From the NCBI GenBank assembly GCA_951406725.2, contig OX597815.1, positions 24,490,001 through 24,554,000 of the forward strand: 64,000 nucleotides of DNA, written 5' to 3'. Source of the DNA: Octopus vulgaris. Its lineage: Eukaryota. The notes beneath the pieces were generated by a model. It had not been told where the DNA came from. It worked only from the letters and a program-made list of their open reading frames with translations, and searched no databases. The position numbers and the translations under genes were made by a program. Positions 1 to 9,307 of the stretch are shown one piece after another; the first letter of the stretch is position 1; every line of letters starts with the position of its first letter.

Positions 1-453
1 CTTCCCAGACCCCGGTCAAACTGTCCAACCCATGCTAGCATGGAAAACGGACATTAAATGATGATGATGATGATGATGATGAATCAATTATAAAAGGATT
101 CAAATAGTTGATCAAGATGCCTTTTAGTTGGGAACCAAACTTCTTAACCACACATTTATGCCTGTGAAATATTGTTTTCAAATGCTTGTAAGTTACCCTA
201 GAATTGGTTGATCCTTTATCCTATCTCGTTGGATGTGGTTGTTTTGAAAGCATTGTAACAATGTAAGAATGGATTAAAAAATATCAGGAAATAATTATTG
301 TTGTTAGCAACAAAATAATTCTCTTTTTATGTGAATGGCATATATTACGATTTCAAAACTTGACTTCATGTATACTTTCCTTTATATTTATGCTAGTAGT
401 TTTAGCTCAAATATTGATCTTAATTCTGAATTTCATTTGCTCTCTATTTTCAG

Positions 454-600
454 GTTTATCCTGATACAGATCTGATATATGACTTTGACCAGAAGGCTCC
501 TCAACATTACAGTATACTAGTACAAACAGCTGCACATGTTGCTGGTGCTGCATATTATTATCAAAAGAAGGATGTGATAAATAATCCTTGGGGAGATAAG
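454..600 (+). CDS. MMACHC: MMACHC/CblC (cyanocobalamin reductase / alkylcobalamin dealkylase), penultimate coding exon
   Basis: tttcag|GTT...AAG|gtttgt, 147 nt, phase 0/0. Translates VYPDTDLIYDFDQKAPQHYSILVQTAAHVAGAAYYYQKKDVINNPWGDK, matching the MMACHC signature ILAQTAAHVAGAAYYYQ..DV...PWG. Not in the ORF track. Confidence 0.95.
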
Positions 601-757
601 GTTTGTTATTTGATGTTGCTTTTATCAAATTTATTGTTATTGTGGTTTCATAGCTTGTAGCTGTTAACTCTACAAGATTAATGAAATAAAAACCAGTAAT
701 AATCTAATGTCAATTTATTGATAATCAAAAGATCAAATGGAAATTGTAGATGTGATA

Positions 758-1071
758 CTTGTGCCGGTGGCACATAAAAAGCACCATCTGAACGTGGCTG
801 ATGCCAGCGCCGCCTTCACTGGTTTCCATGCCGGTGGCACATAAAAAGCTCCGACTGATCGTGACTGTTGCCAGCCTTGCCTGGCACCTGTGCCGGTGGA
901 ACATAAAAAGCACCCACTACACTCACGGAGTGGTTGGCATTAGGAAGGGCATCCAGCTGTAGAAACATTGCCAGATCAGACTGGAGCCTGGTGCAGCCTC
1001 CTGGCTTCTCAGACCCCGGTCGGACTGTCCAACCCATGCTAGCATGGAAAACGGACATTAAACGATGATGA
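758..1071 (+). mobile_element. SINE family A with (GAT)n tail and internal ~60-bp repeats (probably RTE-mobilised)
   Basis: Ends CCAACCCATGCTAGCATGGAAAACGGAC.TTAAACGATGATG. Other copies: 1-82, 3087-3322(-), 4036-4366, 7829-7977, 27702-28190(-), 34470-34747, 35388-35672(-), 38615-38996, 53977-54252(-), 55945-56200(-), 60296-60550, 63012-63283. Confidence 0.85.
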
Positions 1072-1525
1072 ATCAGTTATAAAAGGAAATGTCCATTTTA
1101 CTCTGTGAAATTAAATGAGCATTTAAACTATTGTCAATACTGTAACATGTATTGATTTACTAATGTGTATTATTTATCATTTTATAAATCTTTATAGATG
1201 TTAGCTGAAATTTATATACTGGAAATTAGGTTTTGATTTTAGGATGATGAAAGTATTTAAAAATCCTTACTGAAAAGTACAATATCCTGAGTTTTTATAA
1301 TTACTGCATAGGAAACTCTGTTACAATACATTCATCTAATGAATGATTTTCACCATACTATACAAATCCTTATATTCTTTTTTACAGAAAACAAAAAAAC
1401 AAAAAAAAGGAAGATGAAGACAAACAATTAACAAATTCTTTTTCTATTTATTCACTTTGATATTGTAATGTTTATTAACAGACACAAGAACCTGGAAAAA
1501 TTATTCATTTTCTTTACTATTTCAG

Positions 1526-1834
1526 ACCATCTTTGGAATTAGTATTCATCCGCAATATGGTGGCTGGTTTGCTATGAGAGCTGCTATTATCTTTAAAAAT
1601 CTCAAGTTTGCAGACTTAAAGAAGAAAGACCCAGTTGATGTTATACCAGATCAAGAGACTAGAATAAAACTACTAAACATGTTAAATGAAGATTGGGAAT
1701 ATTGGAAAGCTCGTGACATAATAAAAGTGTCTGAAAGATATACAGCAGAGGCCATTAATTATTTCAAAACACTTCCCAAAGATAGGTACAAATTAATTGA
1801 AGATATGCAGGCAAACAGGAAGAACAATGCTTAA
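1526..1834 (+). CDS. MMACHC: MMACHC/CblC, last coding exon
   Basis: tttcag|ACC; TIFGISIHPQYGGWFAMRAA...WEYWKARD...ERY...YFKTLPKDR...stop. Matches MMACHC IHPRFGGWFAIR / WRDWTYRD / ERYS..QKAYFSTPP..R and is in frame with the previous exon. Confidence 0.95.
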   Translation, partial: TIFGISIHPQYGGWFAMRAAIIFKNLKFADLKKKDPVDVIPDQETRIKLLNMLNEDWEYWKARDIIKVSERYTAEAINYFKTLPKDRYKLIEDMQANRKNNA

Positions 1835-2592
1835 CCCTTTTGTTACCAAGCCGGCTGAAACCGGCTCTGGTTCTGAGTACAAATGTCTTGTTTTCATAAG
1901 TTTTGAATTAAAATCTTCCACCAAACCTTAGTCACAATTTATGTTCCTAACACTAGCTTAATGATAACTAAGTTATTTTACTAAATTCTTTGTTATATTT
2001 AAAGTAATTGAAAGAAACATCATCATCATTCATCATTGTTCGACCGTAGTTGAGACACTGGAATTTACCATGCTACGCCAGACTTCACGGTCCATCATGG
2101 CATTACGGAGGTCCTGTTGCTGGATGCCTGTATCCCTGGAGATTAAATCAGGGTAGGAGAGTGTGCTCCCTCTGGTATTGCGAGTAGATGGCTTCCAGAG
2201 GAGAAGAGTAGAAATTACCTCTTTTTCAGCTCTACAACAATGTCCAGCAAACTGGACTCTCCTACCTTTCACAAGAGATGATGCAGGTGGTAGTTTCCCA
2301 TATATTTGCATTTTGGTTGGATGGCGCTTCCACGAGAGATTTTGAGCTCTCATAAGGAGGCGAGTGTAGGTTCCATCCAACCGCCTCTCAAGCTTCTTTG
2401 ATAACGTCCAGGTTTCTGAGCCATATAGTAGAATTAGTTCGACTGTGGCTTTGAAGATTTCAAGTTTGAAGTCTCTACTTAGATTTGATGACCAGATCTT
2501 ATGCATGTCATTACAGGCTGACCAGTACAGGCTGACCTTTCTAGAAAGAAACACAGAGCACCTCAAAAGAAATACAATAACAAAAGGGCTAA
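1831..2592 (+). mobile_element. piggyBac-type MITE (TTAA|CCCTTT...AAAGGG|(T/C)TAA) interrupted by an RTE LINE fragment
   Basis: Same ~225-bp family as 30942, 36225, 48651 and 59177; begins at the TTAA that contains the MMACHC stop codon. Confidence 0.85.
2020..2543 (-). mobile_element. 5'-truncated RTE-clade LINE (ORF2 C-terminus)
   Basis: ORF with LLYGSETWTL...RLDGTYTRLLMRA...FAGHC.R...DREVWR; (TGA)n tail; 10-bp TSD GAAAGAAACA (2010-2019 / 2544-2553). Confidence 0.88.
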
Positions 2593-3322
2593 ATGCTTCT
2601 GTGATTTATTATATATTCTAATACAATAGCTTATTATACATGTATTCTATAACAGATTATGTATTTACATATACAAATGCTTTTACTTTTTATAAATGTT
2701 ATGGGGTATCGTACGTGTAATAAAATACAATGTGTGTCTTGTTGGTCATGCTGGTAGAAAAAGGCTAAAAGAACAAATGTAGTGAGAGTGAGTGGCAATC
2801 AGAAGTGCTAAATGAAGGAGTACTGTAGTAAAGGGTTTTTCTTCTGAAATCTCTGGCATTTTAATGAAAATAAAATTGCAAATTTTTATTATAAATTGTA
2901 TTTAGATTGTCAGTTTATCACACTCATGCACACACATTCATGTGTTTCCATATGTATTCATGTGCATGGTTGTATATAAATATGCATGTGCATCTTTGAG
3001 TATATATACATACACACATGTATATATATATATATAGTAGTAAAAGAAAAGAGGAATTTCGATTATCCCTACGTGGTGAGTTGTAATCATCATCATCATC
3101 ATTTAACGTCCGTTTTCCGCGCTAGCACGGGTTGGACGGTTTCGACCGGGGTCTGGGGAGCTCGGGACTGCCCCAGGCTCCAGTCTAGTCTGGCAGTGTT
3201 TCTACAGCTGGATGCCCTTCCTAACGCCAACCACTCCGCGAGTGTAGTGGGTGTTTTTTACGTGCCACCTGCACAGGTGCCAGAGGGGTCTGGCATCGGC
3301 CACGTTCGGATAGTGCTTTTTA

Positions 3323-3921
3323 TGGGGGGGGGTGCAGAAATATAGGGGAGCACCAGTGGGAGGGATGGTTCAGAGGACAGGTACTAGGCAAGTAGAACGT
3401 AGGATATCGAGAGAGGGGTAATGCATGGTGAAATAGCGTATTGAAGAGGGGGCTTCAAAGAGTAGACACCTATAATGGTGGTGGGGGGTGCAGAAATATA
3501 GGGGAGCACCAGTGGGAGGGGTGGTTCAGAGGACAGGTTCTAGGCAAGTAGAACGTAGGATATCGAGAGAGGGGTAATGCATGGTGAAATAGCGTATTGA
3601 AGAGGGGGTTCAAAGAGTAGACACCTATAATGGTGGTGGGGGGTGCAGAAATATAGGGGAGCACCAGTGGGAGGGGTGGTTCAGAGGACAGGTTCTAGGC
3701 AAGTGGAACGTAGGATATCGAGAGAGGGGTAATGCATGGTGAAATAGCGTATTGAAGAGGGGGTTCAAAGAGTAGACACCTATAATGGTGGTGGGGGGTG
3801 CAGAAATATAGGGGAGCACCAGTGGGAGGGGTGGTTCAGAGGACAGGTACTAGGCAAGTGGAACGTAGGATATCGAGAGAGGGGTAATGCATGGTGAAAT
3901 AGCGTATTGAAGAGGGGGTTC
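3323..3921. repeat. 155-bp G-rich tandem repeat, ~4 copies
   Basis: ggtgcagaaatataggggagcaccagtgggagggg... recurs with a 155-bp period (identical-length ORFs at 3470 and 3625). Confidence 0.92.
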
Positions 3922-4571
3922 GTAATGTATATAAGAAATTAAAAAAGGAAAATGTGTATTTTCCTTTTTTAATTTCTTATATATTGTATATATATGTATA
4001 TATATATGTATGTATATATATATATATATATAAAAGCCTCGTCTGGCACCTGTGTCGGTGGCACATAAAAACACCATCCGAGCGTGGTCGTCTGCCAGCC
4101 TTGTCTGGCACCTGTGTCGGTGGCACATAAAAACACCATCCGAGCGTGGCCGTTCGCCAGCCTCGTCTGGCACCTGTGTCGGTGGCACATAAAATCACCC
4201 ACTACACTCTCGGAGTGGTTGGCGTTAGGAAGGGCATCCAGCTGTAGAAACACTGCCAGATCTGACTGGCCTGGTGCAGCCTTCGGGCTCCCCAGACACC
4301 AGTTGAACCGTCCAACCCATGCTAGCATGGAAAGCGGACGTTAAATGATGATGATGATGATGATGAAATATATGTAAAAGTATAAATGTGTATATATATA
4401 TATATATATATATAAATATCTATAAATGTATTTATATACTTACAAGATAAAGGTATAGTCATAAAATGATTATATCAGTTGCCTAGCACTTAAAAATGGT
4501 CGTATAGGTAACATTAATTTTTTTAATGTTTATAATTATAGAGATATAGTTATGGGCCAATGACAAGCACA

Positions 4572-4688
4572 AATGCTAGAAATAAGTATCAAATACCTAT
4601 AATCCACTCTACAATTTGTTCTATATATAAGATATAGAGAACAAATTGTAGAGTGGATTGTAGCTAATTGACATCTATTTCTAGCATT
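4572..4688. repeat. Short foldback
   Basis: aatgctagaaata..aatccactctacaatttgttct / agaacaaattgtagagtggatt..tatttctagcatt. Confidence 0.75.
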
Positions 4689-4778
4689 GGCACTGGTCAT
4701 TTCCAGTAGCCCTTAAATATGATTATATCGTTATAATTGTATACATAAAACAATTCATGTTAGATATGACTGTATATA

Positions 4779-4827
<49 letters not shown>

Positions 4828-4852
4828 AAATAAGCAGCAAGAATGACTCCGG

Positions 4853-4945
4853 TAATTTGGTACGATCGTTTCATATTACATCATTTTATTAAATGTTGTA
4901 AGTATTACAACAGATTTAAGATGCTGAGTACTCATCAGCCAATTA
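4853..4945 (-). ncRNA. Type-I hammerhead motif with canonical core and long stem II
   Basis: UAAUUGG-CUGAUGA-(extended hairpin incl. UGUUGUAA/UUACAACA)-GAAA-CGAUCG-UA-CCAAAUUA; stem III ACGAUCGU is palindromic; GUA cleavage triplet. Confidence 0.65.
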
Positions 4946-5124
4946 TAGAGGATTTTTATGGATAACACCATTCAAAATTCTGGTGCATCTAAATTAAGTA
5001 CCATATTCATTTGAATCTAAATTTTTGCTGAACTTATATATATATATATATATATATATGGCCTTCGATGCTGGTCATTTTTGCTTCTTGTAGCACGCTG
5101 ACGTTTGTTCTTCTGTCTTCCCAG

Positions 5125-5562
5125 CCAACTAAGATGGAGCGGCCATGTGGTTAGAATGACTGATGAATGACTTCCCAAACAGATCTTCTACTCCCAACTC
5201 AAAGACGGCAAGCGTACAAAAGGAGGCCAGAAGAAACGCTACAAGGACTCCCTGAAAACAAACCTCAAAAAGTGTGACATCGACTTCACCAACTGGGAGG
5301 AAACGGCAAAAAACAGACCACTCTGGAAAACCATCCATGAGGGAACGGCGACTTTCGAGTCGAAAAGGTCTACAGAGATGGAGGAGAAAAGACGACGATG
5401 GAAGGAGCACCAACAATAACCACGTGCAACTCTCCCTTTCAGCACTAGATGTCTGCACTGCGACCGATCTTTTCAAGCAAGAATTGGTCTTATCGGTCAC
5501 CTACGGACTCACCAGTAAATTTGCGCGAAGACCATCATCCTCGACCTTGAGGGATTGCCATC

Positions 5563-5563
<1 letters not shown>
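5125..5563 (+). mobile_element. RTE/BovB-like LINE 3' fragment
   Basis: LRWSGHVVRM..LPKQIFYSQLKDGKRTKGGQKKRYKDSLK...NRPLW and a terminal RIGLIGHLRTH, with stops/frameshifts. Confidence 0.85.
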
Positions 5564-5596
<33 letters not shown>

Positions 5597-5598
<2 letters not shown>

Positions 5599-5825
5599 TT
5601 TATTTAAAAGCTGCAGAAATATAACAAAAGCTGTTTCATGTTCCTGTTTGGACAGTTTTGTTAATATGGAACCATTTTAACAACACTGTCCAACGAATGG
5701 GAACAGGAAACTCTGAGTAACAGCTTTTGTTATATTTCTGCTGCTTTTAAATATAGCATATTACTCTACCTCTGGTATTTGAGTACTCTTTTTTCCACCT
5801 TGTTTCACATTTATGTGCTTACTCA

Positions 5826-5826
<1 letters not shown>
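5597..5826. repeat. Foldback element in (TA)n; second copy at ~7600-7828
   Basis: aaaagcwgcagaaatataacaaaagctgtt ... aacagcttttgttatatttctgctgctttt; two near-identical copies about 2 kb apart. Confidence 0.85.
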
Positions 5827-5865
<39 letters not shown>

Positions 5866-5984
5866 CGGGAAGCTTTATGAAAAAGACGAAGGCAGGTTTA
5901 CGGAAATAAACAAAAGACGAAGGCAGGTGGAATACAAACAAACAATTGTATTAGTATGGCGCTCAGGAATATAAATAAAACAAG

Positions 5985-6022
5985 TCTTTTACGTTTCGAG
6001 CCTACGCTCTTCAACAGAAAGA
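5985..6022 (-). ncRNA. Minimal hammerhead-like motif with A6U core
   Basis: UCUUU-CUGUUGA-A-GAGC-GUAG-GCUC-GAAA-CG-UA-AAAGA; second copy at 47322-47357(+). Confidence 0.55.
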
Positions 6023-6298
6023 TACACAGAAAAGAAACACGGAGAGAAACAAGGAGAGAAAAAAATGCGTGCAGAAGCTAGCGATACTCTTTTACTCTTT
6101 TACTTGTTTCAGTCATTTGACTGCGGCCATGCTGGAGCACCGCCTTTAATCGAGCAACTCGACCCCGGGACTTATTCTTTGTAAGCCCAGTACTTATTCT
6201 ATCAGTCTCTTTTTGCCGAACCGCTAAGTGACGGGGACATAAACACACCAGCATCGGTTGTCAAGTAATGCTAGGGGGACAAACACAAAACATACACG

Positions 6299-6338
<40 letters not shown>

Positions 6339-6886
6339 TACGACGGGCTTCTTTCAGTTTCCGTCTACCAAATCCACTTTGGTCGGCCCGAGGCTATAGT
6401 AGAAGACACTTGCCCAAGGTGCCATGCAGTGGGACTGAACCCGGAACCATGTGGCTGGTAAACAAGCTACTTACCACATAGCCAATATGTATATACAGAG
6501 TTATTCAAAAAGAAAAAGCAGATTTTAAATTTATTTTTAAAACAAACGGTAAGAGACACAAACACATTCTATGTATTTCTTGATAGGGCAAGGTTTAAAG
6601 TTCACAGCTGAAGATGATCAATTGAATTAAGCCTTAAATAAAATAATATTTTAATTTTCTTTTAACGTTTCATTTTGTTCATGTTTTGGCTAATATACCC
6701 TCCGGCCTTTATCAGGTGTCTGGGGGAAATTTCGAACCTGTGTTCTCAAACCTAAGGTAATTTTCAATGTTGTTATTATTAAAGAAGTGATTTTAAATTC
6801 TCAAACACAGGATAATGCTAATAATACAGCCTGAACAGGATAAGCTACCCCTATTTTGCAGAAATAAGTGTTGGCGGCCGGCTATG

Positions 6887-6919
<33 letters not shown>

Positions 6920-7971
6920 CATTCAGGTCACTACCTGGAATATGTATATCGAACTTGGAAACTGGGGTTAGTAGCCCGCACTCTTAACCACTACGCCAGT
7001 AGCCCACAGGCATATGGCATAGTGGTTAAGAGTGCGGGCTACTAACCGCAAGTTTTCGGAGTTCGATTCCAGGCAGTGACCTGAATAATAATAATAATGA
7101 TAATGATAATAATAATAATGATAATAATAATAATGATAATAATAATAATGATAAAAATAAATAACATCCATCCATGAATTTATTTATTTATTTATTAATT
7201 TTTAAATACATATGTTATCTGTGAATTTGCGTGTGTAATCTGGGAATGCATACAATGCCCTTCTCTGCCCTAGGTGCATGGAAAACACTCGGCGAGAAAC
7301 GGAAGAAAATTTGAAGAAAGAAGGAAAAAACATAATAATAATAATGATAATAATAATAATAATAGTAATAATAATAATAATAATAATGATAACATCAAAA
7401 AATACCTTAGGAACGAGAACCCACGTTTGAAATTTCCCCATGACACCTAATGAAGGCTGGAGGGTATATGAGCCAAAACATTGTGTTAACAACAAACAAG
7501 ATGAGGACAAATATCTATCAAATGTAAATAATGTACATAATTCCTCATCTCTTAAATATAGAACTATATATATATATGTATGTATATATATATATATATA
7601 CTTTATTTAAAAGCAGCAGAAATATAACAAAAGCTGTTTCATGCTCCCATTTGGACAGTTTTGTTAATATGGAACCATTTTAACAAAACTGTCCAACGAA
7701 TGGGAACAGGAAACTCTGAGTAACGGCTTTTGTTATATTTCTGCTGCTTTTAAATATAGCATATTACTCTACCTCTGGTATTTGAGTACTCCTTTTTTCC
7801 ACCTTGTTTCACATTTATGTGCTTACTCGTGGTTGGCGTTAGGAAGGGCATCCAACTGTAGAAACACTGCCAGATCAGACTGGAGCCTGGTGCAGCGCCT
7901 GGCTTCCCAGACCCTGGTCGAACCATCCAACCCGTGCTAGCACGGAAAACGGACGTTAAACGATGATGATG

Positions 7972-7977
<6 letters not shown>

Positions 7978-8064
<87 letters not shown>

Positions 8065-8265
8065 GTATATATATGTATATATATATGTATATATATGTAT
8101 ATATATATGTATATATATGTATATATATATATGTATATATATGTATATATATATGTATATATATGTATATATATATGTATATATATGTATATATGTATAT
8201 ATATGTATATATATATATATATATGTATATGTATATATATATGTGTATATATATGTATATATATA

Positions 8266-8298
<33 letters not shown>

Positions 8299-8371
8299 AT
8301 ATATATATGTATGTATATATATATATGTATATATGTATGCATATATATGTGTGTATAGATATATATATATA
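7978..8371. repeat. Long (TA)n/(TATG)n microsatellite
   Basis: Direct observation; source of the spurious YI-rich ORFs. Confidence 0.95.
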
Positions 8372-9307
8372 TCCTCCTCATCATAACCGTCGTTTAATGT
8401 CCATTTTCCATGCTAGCAACATGGATGCCAGTCAGGCAGTGCTGGTATCTGCCACACTTGGACGGTGCTTTTTACATGTCACCAGCACAGGTACCATAAC
8501 TACAATTTCCATTTGATTTGTATTTTGATGTTGGTGTTAACGTACTTGACTCAATAGGTCTCCTCAAGAACAGCGGGTCACTCTACAATCCAAGGTTAGC
8601 ACAGCAGGCCATCCTGCGAGACATGAACTCACTTCATTTGTCTTCACAGTCACAGCATATCTCGGTCTTCATCATTTCCTCTGTGAGACCCCAACGGCAT
8701 GGGTATCACAACTACAATATCCATTCGATTTTTATTTTGATGTTGATATACTTGACACAATGTGTGTATGTGTATGTATATATATATATGTGTGTGTGTA
8801 TATATATGTGTATATATATATATATGTATGTATATAAATTAAATTAGAGATAAAACCACTATTAGGCAACTCTAACAGTGACAGACATAAACCAAAACAT
8901 AAAAAACAGTGGTTTTATCTCTAATTTAATTTATATTTATACTGTGATTTTGATTTAATCCTAAATCTAATTTTTCCCTGTAAGTTTGGATATACTCCCT
9001 AATATTATTATTATATGTATATATATATTTATATATAGGTCAGAAAGTTGGTATGCATATAATATGTATGTTGTGTGGATGCCCCCAGGCGATAAGTAGG
9101 CTAATCTAATACGTGTAAATAGTGGACGTGATAGGTTGGCGTACAGCGAGCTGGAGCCGTCGACTTATTCCGCATGAAACAGAGTCCGAAAATATTTAAA
9201 GCAACAAGAATTCTAAAGGTGGGTTTTTAGGGATACGGCTAGAAATGACAATTCAAGCCACCCAGGAAGACCTGAATTCCATAACCGAAGAAATAGTATT
9301 GCCCAAA

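Noticed and set aside
2986-3345. Recurrent ORFs containing [26 protein letters not shown] or RQSRPRQNLNSER
   Set aside because: Translations of non-coding SINE copies.
7956-8516. YI-repeat ORFs (also the HT-rich ORFs at 23099-25201)
   Set aside because: Products of (TA)n and (CA)n microsatellites.
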